DNA of 64,000 bases from Bacteriovoracaceae bacterium (lineage in GTDB: Bacteria > Bdellovibrionota > Bacteriovoracia > Bacteriovoracales > Bacteriovoracaceae): assembly GCA_965217035.1 (NCBI GenBank), contig OZ244226.1, positions 912,146 to 976,145 on the forward strand, in the 5' to 3' direction. Within the stretch, counting starts at the first letter, position 1, and every line of letters starts with the position of its first letter. Both the position numbers and the translations under genes were made by a program. Under the pieces are notes generated by a model. The model was not told the DNA's origin, searched no databases, and saw only the letters and a program-made list of their open reading frames with translations. Below are positions 37,834 to 48,544 of the stretch, piece by piece.

Positions 37834-39203
37834 TTTGCAGCTAATCCTATCAATGCAGCAAGATCTTCATCTGTAAATTTTAAACCGAGAAAGATTGTTG
37901 CACTTCTTGTATCGTTAAGTACGTCTTCAAGACTAATTCTACTATAAATAATATTCCATATTTTAAAATCCGTCATAAGGCGTAGATTTGCACCGTTATC
38001 ATTCGCAAAATCAAAAGCTTCAGCAGAAAATCTCATGCTTTGCTCTTTCCAAAGATAGTCAACTCCCACTCCTCCTGTACTTTCAATAAGACCAGCTCGG
38101 AAAACAAATCTTTGAAAAACTCGTGCAATTTGAAGATTAAATTTAATCGCATCTTCGTTAACCTCTTCAGTCGTTTCCGTTGACGAAGATCCTCCACTTG
38201 GAGTTGTCGTCGTTCTCTTTGTCTCCGAAACTTCAGGGCCAAAATCATTCACAACGACACCTAAACGATAAAAACGTTCAGGCGCTGGGTATAAATCGAC
38301 ATCAAATGTGGTACTAGTTCCATCGTCTGAATTCACTCCTGTATAAAGTGCGAGGTCGGCTTCAATATTATTGATTCGATTCACAAGCTGATTAACATTT
38401 CGAAGAGTCGAGTTCACCTGCTCGATTGTTTCGTCATCCCGTAAAAGCTTTCCGACTGTTCCCTTTCCTGCGTAAACATCTGCAACAATTGCTTTTATAT
38501 CTTCTGAAGCTGCTTTGAGATTTTTAATTGTTGGTCCAATATCTCTCACTTGATATAAAAGAGACCCTTCTTGAGAGCTATCAAGTTCGTAAGCAAGACT
38601 CGCTGAAACATCTCCAACATTATCAACAATCTCATTAATTTTCGTTTCGTTTCGCTCTGCAATTTTTCGAACGGTCTGCATCGTCTTTTGAAGATCCGCA
38701 ATAATATCTTTTACGATATTGTCTGAAGTATCACTCTTTAAGGCTTCTTTTACTTTCTGAGTTATCTCTTTAACATCGACTGCTATTTCAGCTGCATCTT
38801 CTGCAAGAGCTTCAAAGCCAGCACCTTCTAAAACCTTGACCTCTGAACCCTCCGGTAATCTTTCAGGTGCAATGACTCCCAAAGAGAGATCTAGATACTT
38901 CTCTCCTAGAAATCCAACTGTCTTAACTTTTAATGTTGAGTTTTGAGTCACTTTTAATCGCTTTTGAACACCAAAAGTAATTTTTGCTTTATCATCATTG
39001 AGTTCTATTTTTTTGATATAACCAGCTTCAATACCAGCGACGCGTATAACGCTGTTCTCAAAAATACCTGTAGCGTCTTCAATATTAGCATAATAATCGT
39101 AATAGGTTCCAAAACCAGTTTTGCTACTAGTAATATTAAGTACAATTAAAACAAAACATGTGCCTGCGATTAACGCCAGTGCACCGACTTTGACTTCTTT
39201 CAA
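37830..39203 (-). CDS. mlaD: MCE/MlaD-family protein (long, helical plus C-terminal beta domain)
   Basis: EVKVG TM, DATGI..NSVIRVAGIEAG, GFLGEKYL, GKGTVGKLLRD. Confidence 0.88.
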   Translation of the reverse strand: MKEVKVGALALIAGTCFVLIVLNITSSKTGFGTYYDYYANIEDATGIFENSVIRVAGIEAGYIKKIELNDDKAKITFGVQKRLKVTQNSTLKVKTVGFLGEKYLDLSLGVIAPERLPEGSEVKVLEGAGFEALAEDAAEIAVDVKEITQKVKEALKSDTSDNIVKDIIADLQKTMQTVRKIAERNETKINEIVDNVGDVSASLAYELDSSQEGSLLYQVRDIGPTIKNLKAASEDIKAIVADVYAGKGTVGKLLRDDETIEQVNSTLRNVNQLVNRINNIEADLALYTGVNSDDGTSTTFDVDLYPAPERFYRLGVVVNDFGPEVSETKRTTTTPSGGSSSTETTEEVNEDAIKFNLQIARVFQRFVFRAGLIESTGGVGVDYLWKEQSMRFSAEAFDFANDNGANLRLMTDFKIWNIIYSRISLEDVLNDTRSATIFLGLKFTDEDLAALIGLAAN

Positions 39204-39242
39204 GATTCTTCCTTTTTACAAGTACTTATAGACTAACACACC

Positions 39243-39992
39243 TCAGTGTGACGTTAAATCTAGGAACTTTCTTATCGTTGGATGGGTAGTTTTCTTGAAC
39301 TCTTCAGTAGAGCAATACTCTAGGATATGCCCCCTTTCGAGGAATGCAATATAGTCTGATATTTTCAAGGTCGCCTGAATATCGTGAGAAATAATAATCG
39401 AGGTAAGTTTTTTTTCTTTATTCTTTTCAGCAGTTGATTTGATTAAATCATTGACCATTTTAGTAGTAATAGGATCAAGTCCAGTCGTCGGTTCATCGTA
39501 TAACATAATCTCTGGTTCAAGAGCGAGTGCTCGAGCAAGCCCTACTCTTTTTCTCATCCCTCCCGATAACTCCGAAGGCAGTTTATAAGTTGATTCTTTA
39601 ACAAGCCCAACTGCTTCAATAAGATGTTCAACTTTATCCTTGATCTCTATTTCCTTCATTTTGGTAAACTCTCTCAAGGGAAAAGCGATGTTTTCGAAAG
39701 TCGTCATTGAATCAAAAAGTGCTGCATATTGAAAAAGCATCCCAAAGCGCTTTCTAAAATTTCTTAAGGCAAGATCATCCATTTTACTAAGATCTTGATC
39801 AAGAACTTCGATCTTTCCAGTTGTCGGTGTTAATAAGCCAAGAATATGTTTTAAGAATGTCGATTTTCCAGCTCCAGAATATCCAAGTATTGTTGTGATT
39901 TTTCCTTTCGGAATTTTCATATCGAGTCCATTGAGGATTGTATCCTCTCCAAAACTTTTTACTAATTTATTACATTCAACTGCGTATTCCAT
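39243..39992 (-). CDS. mlaF: MlaF ABC ATPase
   Basis: [41 protein letters not shown]. Confidence 0.92.
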   Translation of the reverse strand: MEYAVECNKLVKSFGEDTILNGLDMKIPKGKITTILGYSGAGKSTFLKHILGLLTPTTGKIEVLDQDLSKMDDLALRNFRKRFGMLFQYAALFDSMTTFENIAFPLREFTKMKEIEIKDKVEHLIEAVGLVKESTYKLPSELSGGMRKRVGLARALALEPEIMLYDEPTTGLDPITTKMVNDLIKSTAEKNKEKKLTSIIISHDIQATLKISDYIAFLERGHILEYCSTEEFKKTTHPTIRKFLDLTSH

Positions 39993-39993
39993 A

Positions 39994-40797
39994 CTAATAT
40001 AAAACCTTCACTAAGATGCTTGTAAGAAAAAAGTCTAAAATTAAAACTGTGACCATTCCCCAAACCACAGCTGAGTTCGTCCCTCGCCCCACTCCTTCTG
40101 CTCCACCTTTAACGGCAAAACCATGATAGGTTCCAATGAGGCCAATCATAAACCCAAAAACTCCCGCCTTAATAAGTCCTTCGAAGATATGCTGTATATC
40201 CATAAAGTCAGGAGCTTTCGCGAAGTATTTCACGCTTTCAATCCCTAAAAGCTCAACCCCTACCAAGTAAGAACCAATATTACCCACGAAGAGAAAAACC
40301 ATACAAAGTAAAGGAACTGAAAGCATCGCAGACCATATACGAGGCACTCCAAGGTATTGTTGACTACTAATCCCCATAACTTCAAGAGCATCAACTTGTT
40401 CCGTCACTTTCATACTCCCAATTTCTGCTGCCATCGCAGCTCCACAGCGGCCGGCAACAATGAGGCCAGAAAAGACAGGAGCAAGTTCCTTGGCAAGACT
40501 TAATGAAACAATCGGTCCTACTAAAGAGAAGGCATTCATCACAGCAAAACCTAAATAAGTTTGATAGGCCATGACAGCACCAGAAAACAAAGAGGTTAAT
40601 GCAACAATAAAAAGAGACTTGTTCCCGATAAAATAGGCTTGATCAAAGAAAAGTTTAAATCGATAAGGTTTTTTTACCGTCCAATAAAAAATTTGACTTG
40701 TGTAAAGAACAAAACTCCCTAGTCCAGTCATAAAACTAATGAGTGACCCACCAACGGATTCTAGAGAATCAAGCACTCGCGCTTTTACTAATTCCAT
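39994..40797 (-). CDS. mlaE: MlaE permease
   Basis: ELAPV...[33 protein letters not shown]. Confidence 0.93.
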   Translation of the reverse strand: MELVKARVLDSLESVGGSLISFMTGLGSFVLYTSQIFYWTVKKPYRFKLFFDQAYFIGNKSLFIVALTSLFSGAVMAYQTYLGFAVMNAFSLVGPIVSLSLAKELAPVFSGLIVAGRCGAAMAAEIGSMKVTEQVDALEVMGISSQQYLGVPRIWSAMLSVPLLCMVFLFVGNIGSYLVGVELLGIESVKYFAKAPDFMDIQHIFEGLIKAGVFGFMIGLIGTYHGFAVKGGAEGVGRGTNSAVVWGMVTVLILDFFLTSILVKVLY

Positions 40798-40801
40798 ATA
40801 C

Positions 40802-41923
40802 TTACGATTTTAACAAAAATTTTCGTGGCACGCGCGATGTGATAGAACAGAACACATCATAAGGATGGGTCCCTAAGTGTTTCACTAAGGCATTAAATTG
40901 ATTTTGATTACTATCCCAAAGGATAAACTCTTTTCCCAAATACTTTTCAGGATTTTTTTCCTCCACCCAAGCTGTAGCAAGGTCCATATTGATTCTTCCA
41001 AGAAAAATCACCTTCTTTGATTCGAGCTTAGTTGAAAAATTTTGTAATTTAGGAAGAAGCCCATCTCCATAGCCAATTGGTAAAACAAGTAAAGTTCCAT
41101 TTTTTGAAACTTCAGTTGCCCCATAACCAACAAATTCTCCCTTTGATACTTCTCGAGCTTCAATTATTTGAGTTTCTAAGTTAGAGATAATTTCTCCATC
41201 CCAAAGCTTTTCTTTACTCATTGTTGATTGAGGACCATAAATCATAATTCCCGGTCTGTTATGAGTAAGTCGATCGAATTCAAAACCTTGCTCAATTGCA
41301 CCACTATTGAATAAAGAGCTTTCTCTCCAAATAATTCCAGCTGTCTTTAATTCATTTAATATTTTCTGAAAAACTTTTAATTGCTTTTCATTCATTGGAT
41401 GATTGACCAGATAAGAGCAAGCGAGATGGCTCATCACATGCTCTAGCTCAAGCTTATCATTTTTCTTTAAAAGATTTATAACTTCTTCCAGGTCTTCAAA
41501 AGTAATGCCGAGACGATTCATACCTGTATTAAACTTCAAAACAAGTGGAAACTGAGAGAAGGAGTTTAAAAATATTTTAAGATCTCGGATCGAACTAATA
41601 ACAGGTATTGCTCCGAAATCTTGCATAAATTCTTGGTTTTCTTTTTTTGCAATCTCAAAATCAGAAAAAACAAAAAGACGTTTCTGAACTTTCATCACCT
41701 TTCTAAGAAACTCTGCTTCTCCTAAACAAGCAACTCCAAGAGTATCAATCATTGAGTCATCATAGTTTTGATCAATAAATTCTGAAATAAGACCAAGGTC
41801 ATGCCCATAAGCATTTGCTTTTAGCATTGGAATTAATTTTTTCTGATCTCCTCGCTCATAAATCTTTTTTAAATTTCGATCGAGTCTTTCAGCAAAAATC
41901 TTAAGAACGGATCGTTGTCTCAT
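40802..41923 (-). CDS. alr: Alanine racemase
   Basis: MLKANAYGH (PLP Lys), NTGMNRLG, RPGI, VGYG, IGYGDG, GRINMD. Confidence 0.93.
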   Translation of the reverse strand: MRQRSVLKIFAERLDRNLKKIYERGDQKKLIPMLKANAYGHDLGLISEFIDQNYDDSMIDTLGVACLGEAEFLRKVMKVQKRLFVFSDFEIAKKENQEFMQDFGAIPVISSIRDLKIFLNSFSQFPLVLKFNTGMNRLGITFEDLEEVINLLKKNDKLELEHVMSHLACSYLVNHPMNEKQLKVFQKILNELKTAGIIWRESSLFNSGAIEQGFEFDRLTHNRPGIMIYGPQSTMSKEKLWDGEIISNLETQIIEAREVSKGEFVGYGATEVSKNGTLLVLPIGYGDGLLPKLQNFSTKLESKKVIFLGRINMDLATAWVEEKNPEKYLGKEFILWDSNQNQFNALVKHLGTHPYDVFCSITSRVPRKFLLKS

Positions 41924-43325
41924 GTGAGTTCATTTTTAAATTTACTCCAGGATTCAAAAGTTCAAACTTCTTGATGAAAAGAGAAGAACTTCCTGGAATC
42001 AGGTAAGTATCTGGATACACATATTGAGGAATCACAAGTTTATTGTCAGCAAAATAAGACCAATATTCGAAGCTTGCAAGAATGTCTTTAATAGAATGAA
42101 AAGATTTTTCAAGCTCTCCCTCTGGAAGAGCAATTAAAACTCCCATTGTTCCAAACGTTGAAATCTTAGAATGACTCCCACAAACTTGAGAAAGTTGAAT
42201 GAGAAGATCATTAAAAAATGTTTTCCAGTAGAACTTTCTATTCGATTTCTTTCCAATGAAATGATTAAGCTGGGAAAGATCTATATTGAGATATTTCTCT
42301 TCTTCACTTTCTCCTTCTTGATCAAGCACACTGAGAAAGTCCCAAACAGGAAGGAATTGGCTTGGAACTTCTTCTTCAAGGTCTTGAAGAATGACTTTCC
42401 TATAAAGATTACTTAAAAGAGTTTCAAAAAGGTTCCAATGATATTGATCATCAACTTTTGTAAAATCTTTTTGATTAAAAGAAAGAAAACAAAGAATCTC
42501 TGGATTTTTTTCTGAACCTTCAATTCTCAGGGCAACTGTCGTCATCCCCATTTCATCAAAAGCAACTTGATAGGCCATCTCTTGAGCAAACCTTTCAATA
42601 CCACTCTCGCAAGCTTTTCCCATTCTTAATTGGGGAAGGGCTTTATACTTCGCACTTGTAAAATCAAAAGGTATAAGCTTTTGTTGACTCGAATTTAACG
42701 AATAAAAAGAATATTTTGAGATACTAGACCACTTTTCAAGCATTTTAGAGAGTGCTATGAGATAACTTTCCTTATCACGAATCGTTTGAGAAGAAACTCC
42801 TCTCACTATCGCGGAAACATTCCGAAGTTGTTCATAAGACAGGTGTGTCTTTTCAGTTTTTGCTAAATGGTCCTCAAACCGCACCTTTAAAGATTTGTAA
42901 TTATCTTGAATACTTTTCTTTTGATTTTGGGTTTCAGAATTGACATGGACCCAATGAAGAGAAGTTATTAATTGATTTCTTAAAGAGGCAAGACCAAGAA
43001 TCATACTAACCGGCTTATAATTTGAAAGCTCCCAGAAATCTTCAGAAAAATTAAAAGCTTTCTTTTCTGAATAAACTGAAATCAAAGTTTCGTTACTCGT
43101 GACCTTGGGATGAATATTGAAAAGCTTATGCACTTGTTGAAAAGAATCATAATCCGCAACAACTAAGTCACAAGACTTCTTGCTCATGTGAGCAATCAGC
43201 GATGGAGTATCTTGATAAAAAGAAGCAAAAACACCAAGCTCCCTGAGAGTACTTGATAGCTTTTGAATCTTTCTCATGTTGGTGGAAAACAGAGCTACAT
43301 TGAGTTCTGAAATTTGATGATTCAC
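41901..43325 (-). CDS. Degenerate receiver / coiled-coil / GAF-like / degenerate GGDEF-like protein
   Basis: GTG start after AGGAG. CDLVVADY receiver-like N-terminus. C-terminal KISTFGTMGVLIALPE sits where RYGGDEF is expected. Confidence 0.55.
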   Translation of the reverse strand: MNHQISELNVALFSTNMRKIQKLSSTLRELGVFASFYQDTPSLIAHMSKKSCDLVVADYDSFQQVHKLFNIHPKVTSNETLISVYSEKKAFNFSEDFWELSNYKPVSMILGLASLRNQLITSLHWVHVNSETQNQKKSIQDNYKSLKVRFEDHLAKTEKTHLSYEQLRNVSAIVRGVSSQTIRDKESYLIALSKMLEKWSSISKYSFYSLNSSQQKLIPFDFTSAKYKALPQLRMGKACESGIERFAQEMAYQVAFDEMGMTTVALRIEGSEKNPEILCFLSFNQKDFTKVDDQYHWNLFETLLSNLYRKVILQDLEEEVPSQFLPVWDFLSVLDQEGESEEEKYLNIDLSQLNHFIGKKSNRKFYWKTFFNDLLIQLSQVCGSHSKISTFGTMGVLIALPEGELEKSFHSIKDILASFEYWSYFADNKLVIPQYVYPDTYLIPGSSSLFIKKFELLNPGVNLKMNSHETTIRS

Positions 43326-43427
43326 CGGACACTCCTTTGCCTGTAAATGACACTATTCACCGATAATTTTAGCATTCGACGAATTTCATTGACAAGGTTA
43401 GTCTTCAATCATTAGGGTCGTTAGACC

Positions 43428-43910
43428 ATGAAAGAATTAACTGCCGCTATCGATATAGGAAGAATTCAAAGAGATCTCGTTTATGATATTGACGCAGACC
43501 AGTCTCAAGATTGGATTTTAGAGCTTCTTAAAGAGCTCAATGAGAATTCCTCGCTTGATGAAACCGAATACTTACCCAAAAGCACTCTTAATATAACTGG
43601 GAGTCTTAAAAAGATAAATGTTCCGACATTTCAGGATGTTGGGCTTCTTACTTATAAATTCTCAGCAAAATACCTCACTCAAAGTGTTCAGGACCTCAAG
43701 ATTATCGAACAGGAGCTTGAGTACGAAGCCTCTCTTTGTTTCATTCACGAAAACTTTCAAAATGATGAAGCTTATAAAGAAGAAACAGAGCTCTACTTAG
43801 CAGGTCAAATGTATGAGCTTTATTTTATGAAAAAAGGAAAGGCCAGCGTGAAAGAAGCTGTCCACGAACAAACTTTTCTGAACTTTAATTTTTATCCAAA
43901 ATCAGAGTGA
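43428..43910 (+). CDS. YceD/DUF177-family protein (Cys-less variant)
   Basis: Position upstream of rpmF, ASVKEAVHEQTFL-type C-terminus, TTGACA at 43389. Confidence 0.6.
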   Translation: MKELTAAIDIGRIQRDLVYDIDADQSQDWILELLKELNENSSLDETEYLPKSTLNITGSLKKINVPTFQDVGLLTYKFSAKYLTQSVQDLKIIEQELEYEASLCFIHENFQNDEAYKEETELYLAGQMYELYFMKKGKASVKEAVHEQTFLNFNFYPKSE

Positions 43911-43970
43911 ATTTTTTCATCAACTCTGCTCAAAGCAAGAATATATAGAAAATTCTTTCGTCATTCATAG

Positions 43971-44405
43971 TCACTGCTGATAATAAATAAAGCGGTATTC
44001 AGCGCCTTCTGCATCCTGACCAGTGGCCGTGTGCTTGTCAGCACTATCACTCATTATATCGAAACTTTCTTCTAAATTGAGAGTTATGGGTTCAGCTCCA
44101 TTAATATCTGAGCCATTCTCATCAACTTTAATCAATTTTTGTTCTATAATTCTCGTTCCCCGTCTACCTCCAGAAGAACCAATTGTTTCTGAAGAGTTCA
44201 CTCTATATAGCCCTAGTTGTAAGCCCTTTTGAAAAGTATAAAATGCTTTTCTTCTATCAGATTTATAATAGTACAAGCAAAGTTTTGTGATTGGGCTCTC
44301 ATCCACCTCATTATCTCCGCAAGCAAATTGGCGTAGATCTGACATAATCTGAGCCTTAACAGCAGCACTTCCCATGATAAAAAGGCTAAATAGGAACACT
44401 TTCAT
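43971..44405 (-). CDS. Secreted hypothetical protein
   Basis: Signal peptide MKVFLFSLFIMGSAAVKA, RBS GAGGG. Confidence 0.7.
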   Translation of the reverse strand: MKVFLFSLFIMGSAAVKAQIMSDLRQFACGDNEVDESPITKLCLYYYKSDRRKAFYTFQKGLQLGLYRVNSSETIGSSGGRRGTRIIEQKLIKVDENGSDINGAEPITLNLEESFDIMSDSADKHTATGQDAEGAEYRFIYYQQ

Positions 44406-44622
44406 AATTTTTCCCTCGATTTTTCATCTCAGAGCTCTGGATGTTGATTTTTTTATAATATGAACATGATACGCAGCGCATTATCGAAATTCAAGGAAGC
44501 CTATAAAAAATGCAAAATCGAAAAATTTCTAGTCAACTCTCCTCCATAAAACTGTTATTGACAGCTCATGGCATAAAGGAGTAACTTAGCAACACTTTTT
44601 TAAACGCATTTAGGAGGACCTC

Positions 44623-44838
44623 GTGGCCGTTCCAAAGAAGAAAACCAGTGTATCCCGTAAAGGTCTCAGAAGAGCTGGGCAACACCATAAACTCTACGCT
44701 AAAACAACAAGCCGTTGTTCAAATTGCGGGGCTATCACTCGACCTCATTACGCTTGCTCAAGCTGTGGGCATTATGATGGCAGAGAAGTTTTCGCAATCA
44801 AAGTAAAAGAAGACGAGACAGAAGAAACTGAAGCCTAA
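44623..44838 (+). CDS. rpmF: 50S ribosomal protein L32 (Zn-ribbon C+ type)
   Basis: AVPKKKTS...CSNCG...[16 protein letters not shown] start after AGGAGG. Confidence 0.97.
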   Translation: MAVPKKKTSVSRKGLRRAGQHHKLYAKTTSRCSNCGAITRPHYACSSCGHYDGREVFAIKVKEDETEETEA

Positions 44839-44864
44839 ATAATCTTTTCAAATTTTTATATAAG

Positions 44865-44892
44865 AAAACCTTCTTTCGAGAAGGTTTTTTTA
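44865..44892 (+). terminator. Terminator after rpmF
   Basis: AAAACCTTCT-TTCG-AGAAGGTTTT plus T-run. Confidence 0.8.
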
Positions 44893-44927
44893 TGTTAAAA
44901 TTTTTGAAACTTAAAAAGGAAGCTCAT

Positions 44928-45917
44928 ATGTTCCAAACAAAGATCCTCTCAACTGGTCACTTCACTCCTGAAAAAATTGTTACGAATGATGATATTGCGA
45001 AACGAGTTGATACGAACGATCAATGGATCACAGAAAGAACTGGTATTAAAGAAAGAAGAATTGCAGATGAGAACAAAGAGTTTCCAAGTTATATGTCTGC
45101 TGAAGCCGCGAAAGAAGCTTTAGAAAAAGCCAAGATGGATCCCAATGATATCGACCTTATCATAGTTTCGAATACTATTGGTGATTATAACTTTCCAAAC
45201 ACTGCAACTGTTGTTCAAGAAAGATTAGGGATCACATCTGAGTGCCCTTGTATCGATGTGAATGCGGCTTGTACGGGATGGGTTTATGGTCTAGTCATGG
45301 CCAATGCTCTTATTCAGACTAACGTTTACAAAAACATCCTTTTAATTGGAACTGAGATGACTTCACGTTTTAATAATTGGGACGATCGGCAAACTTGTAT
45401 CCTTTTTGGAGATGGCTGTGGAGCGGCTCTTCTCACCGCAACAGATAAAGGTGATTCTCGAATCGTTGACAGTGTTCTTGGTTGTGATTCAAGTAAAAAA
45501 GAATCTCTCATTCTTCCGGTTGGTGGAGCTGTAGAAAGAGGATCGATTGAGGTTTACCAAGAAAAACGTCAGTATGTTTCGATGGACGGGCAAACTGTTT
45601 TTAAAAATGCAGTAAAAACGATGGCTGCTCATTGTGCGAAAATTCTTCAAGATAATAATCTCACTGGAGATGATATTGATTGGTTTATTCCTCACCAAGC
45701 CAATCAAAGAATTATTGAAGCCGTTGCAAGAAGACTCGAATATCCAATGGAAAAAGTTATTTCTAATGTTCATAAATATGCCAATACATCTTCAGCCTCT
45801 ATTCCGATCGCTTTAAATGAAGCTCTAAATGATGGAAAAATTAAACGCGGAGATAAGATTATGTTTGCTGCTTTTGGAGCGGGATTAACTTCTGGTGCCG
45901 TTTTAATCGAGTTCTAA
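44928..45917 (+). CDS. fabH: Beta-ketoacyl-ACP synthase III
   Basis: WITERTGI, NAACTG, LFGDG, PHQAN, ANTSSASIP, AFGAGLT. Confidence 0.95.
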   Translation: MFQTKILSTGHFTPEKIVTNDDIAKRVDTNDQWITERTGIKERRIADENKEFPSYMSAEAAKEALEKAKMDPNDIDLIIVSNTIGDYNFPNTATVVQERLGITSECPCIDVNAACTGWVYGLVMANALIQTNVYKNILLIGTEMTSRFNNWDDRQTCILFGDGCGAALLTATDKGDSRIVDSVLGCDSSKKESLILPVGGAVERGSIEVYQEKRQYVSMDGQTVFKNAVKTMAAHCAKILQDNNLTGDDIDWFIPHQANQRIIEAVARRLEYPMEKVISNVHKYANTSSASIPIALNEALNDGKIKRGDKIMFAAFGAGLTSGAVLIEF

Positions 45918-46046
45918 AAAAACAAAAAGACTGATAGGTTCAGAAGTGCTTCAGATTCAAGAAAAAATTAAATTAATGACCGAGACGTACAAGTTAAGTA
46001 CTCCGCAGGGAGTAAATTTAACTTTGACGAAGAGGATGGAGTGCTT

Positions 46047-47015
46047 ATGAGCTCTATCGTAGTAGTGTTTCCGGGTCAGGGTTCGCAATATGTCGGAATG
46101 GGAGGACGTTTTCTCAGCTCTGATTTTAAAGACATTGCGGAAGAACATTATTCCATTGCCTCCGAAACTCTTGGTTATGATGTTAAAAAACTTGGGCTTG
46201 AAGGTCCTGAAGATAAAATCAAACAAACAGAAATTACCCAACCTCTAATTGTTAATCACAGTACAATCTGTTTTCAAATTCTTAATAGGTTTCTCGAACA
46301 AGAATCCTTGAAGGTTTCAAATGTAATGGGGCATTCAGTTGGAGAATACTCCGCTCTTGTTGCTGCCGGAACCTTAAAATTTGAAGATGCTCTTAGAGCA
46401 ACTCAACTTCGTGGACGATCCATGCAAGAAGCGACTCCACTCGGAACCGGAAAGATGGTTGCGGTACTCAGAGTCCCTCTTGATATTATCGAAAAAGCTT
46501 GTAGCGAAACAAAAGAGATCGTTTCCCCTGCAAATATAAATAGCCCCGATCAAGTCGTTATTTCAGGATCAAACCAAGGATGTGACGATGCCGTAAAGCA
46601 CATTCAGGATAATTTCAAGGGTCGTGCTCGCTTTGTAGAGCTTCCAGTTTCAGCGCCTTTTCATTCTGCGCTTATGGAGCCAGCCAAAGAGAAAATGAGT
46701 CATTTCTTTAATGAAATTAACTTTGAATCAAATAAGATTTCTTACACAGCAAACGTCGATGCCCAGAGCTATCAAGCTGGTACCAATGCCAATAAAATTA
46801 AAGAAAATCTCTTACTTCAAATCCCGGGATCAGTTCAATGGTTGCAGAGTGTCAATGCCTTACCTTCTGATGCAAGAATCATCGAAGTTTCTCCAAATAA
46901 AGTCCTCAAAGGGCTCATAAAAAAGATAAATAAAGAGTTTAGAGTATTTTCATTTGAAGAAGAAAGTGATTTAAATAAAGTATTCAATAGTTTGAGCGAA
47001 TTTATAAAAAACTAA
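46047..47015 (+). CDS. fabD: Malonyl-CoA:ACP transacylase
   Basis: FPGQGSQ, GHSVGEY, LPVSAPFHS. Confidence 0.96.
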   Translation: MSSIVVVFPGQGSQYVGMGGRFLSSDFKDIAEEHYSIASETLGYDVKKLGLEGPEDKIKQTEITQPLIVNHSTICFQILNRFLEQESLKVSNVMGHSVGEYSALVAAGTLKFEDALRATQLRGRSMQEATPLGTGKMVAVLRVPLDIIEKACSETKEIVSPANINSPDQVVISGSNQGCDDAVKHIQDNFKGRARFVELPVSAPFHSALMEPAKEKMSHFFNEINFESNKISYTANVDAQSYQAGTNANKIKENLLLQIPGSVQWLQSVNALPSDARIIEVSPNKVLKGLIKKINKEFRVFSFEEESDLNKVFNSLSEFIKN

Positions 47016-47028
47016 TCTGGAGATAACC

Positions 47029-47265
47029 ATGGAATTACAGCAGAAAATTGTAAATTTAGTAGGTGATGCGACTAAATCTGATACTGCAACAATGACTGAA
47101 GCTACAAACTTCATTGATGATCTTAACTTAGACTCGCTTGATATGGTTGAGCTCATGATGAAAATGGAAGATGAATTTGGAATTGAAATTCCAGAAGATG
47201 ATACTGAAAAACTTAAGACCATAGGAGATGTGGTTTCATACCTCAAAACCAAGGATGTCCAGTAA
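47029..47265 (+). CDS. acpP: Acyl carrier protein
   Basis: DDLNLDSLDMVEL...EDEFGIEIP. Confidence 0.96.
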   Translation: MELQQKIVNLVGDATKSDTATMTEATNFIDDLNLDSLDMVELMMKMEDEFGIEIPEDDTEKLKTIGDVVSYLKTKDVQ

Positions 47266-48535
47266 TACATCGAAAAAAACAAGAGTCGTCGTCACAGGTG
47301 TTGGCGCTCTCTCTAGCCTTGGGCATAATGCCGAAGAATTTTGGACGAATTTAGTCGCCGGTAAATCAGGAATTAAAACGCTTAAGGGTGAAAGATTCCA
47401 AAATAAACTCGAGTTTGATTTTCCCTGTAAAATTGCTTCATTCGTTTCTGAAGATTTCAAAATTGACTCAGAGCTTTTAGATGAGAAAGAACAAAGACGC
47501 TTTGATACCTTTACTCACTTCGCGCTTCATTCCACTCAAGAAGCTTTAAGAAACGCAAAACTTGAAATAGGAAACTCTTATAACCAAGAAGAGATTGGAT
47601 GCATTCTTGGAATTGGAATGGGTGGTTTTCCTTACCTTGAAGATGAACACCATAAGTTCGTCAATGGATCGCGTGGACGAACATCTCCCTTTATGATTCC
47701 AGCCATTATTCCCAATATGGCAACCGGACTGATCGGAATAAAGTTTGGAGTTAAAGGAATTAACTACTCTATTTCGAGTGCTTGTGCTTCGAGTGGCCAT
47801 GCTCTGGAAGCAGGATACCTTCAAATTATTTCAGGAAATCAAAAAGCGATGATTGTTGGAGGAGCTGAAGCCGTTCTGACAAAATTTACGAATTCAGGAT
47901 TTGCATCCATGAAAGCTCTTTCGAAAAGAGAAGTTGATCCTTCCCAAGCTTCATGCCCTTTTAGTAATGAAAGAGATGGCTTTGTCATGGGTGAAGGAGC
48001 TGGCGTTCTTATTTTAGAATCACTCGAATCAGCCCAAAAAAGAGGCGCTCCAATTCTTGCAGAGTTTGTTGGTCATGGATCAAGTTGCGATGCTTTTCAT
48101 ATTACGGCCCCTCATGAAGAAGGAGCTGGCGCCGTTCAAAGTATGACTAAGGCCTTACAAAATGCCGACATCAAACCAGAAGAAATTGATTATATTAATG
48201 CTCATGGAACCTCAACTCCTCTAGGAGATAAGATAGAGACAAGAGCGATTAAAACTGTTTTTAAAGACCATGCTTATAAACTCAATATAAGTTCAACGAA
48301 GTCGATGGTCGGACACTTACTTGGAGCTGCTGCAGGACTTGAAAGTGTAGCGTGCGTTCTTGCTCTGAAAAATCAAACAATTCCTCCAACGATAAACTTA
48401 AATACGCCTGACCCCGAGTGTGACTTAAACTACACTCCTAATAAAGCGGAACAAAAATCGCTCAAATATGCTTTGAATAATGCATTTGGTTTCGGAGGAA
48501 CCAATTCCTCCTTAATATTTAAAACCTTTGAATAA
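47255..48535 (+). CDS. fabF: Beta-ketoacyl-ACP synthase II
   Basis: RVVVTG, SACASS, INAHGTST, GHLLGAAA, FGFGGTN. Confidence 0.96.
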   Translation: MSSNTSKKTRVVVTGVGALSSLGHNAEEFWTNLVAGKSGIKTLKGERFQNKLEFDFPCKIASFVSEDFKIDSELLDEKEQRRFDTFTHFALHSTQEALRNAKLEIGNSYNQEEIGCILGIGMGGFPYLEDEHHKFVNGSRGRTSPFMIPAIIPNMATGLIGIKFGVKGINYSISSACASSGHALEAGYLQIISGNQKAMIVGGAEAVLTKFTNSGFASMKALSKREVDPSQASCPFSNERDGFVMGEGAGVLILESLESAQKRGAPILAEFVGHGSSCDAFHITAPHEEGAGAVQSMTKALQNADIKPEEIDYINAHGTSTPLGDKIETRAIKTVFKDHAYKLNISSTKSMVGHLLGAAAGLESVACVLALKNQTIPPTINLNTPDPECDLNYTPNKAEQKSLKYALNNAFGFGGTNSSLIFKTFE

Positions 48536-48544
48536 GGAGTCCTT

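Noticed and set aside
45957..47824. Minus-strand ORFs over fabD, acpP and fabF, and the 47228 start for fabF
   Set aside because: Antisense shadows. The ATG at 47255 gives a more normal overlap with acpP.
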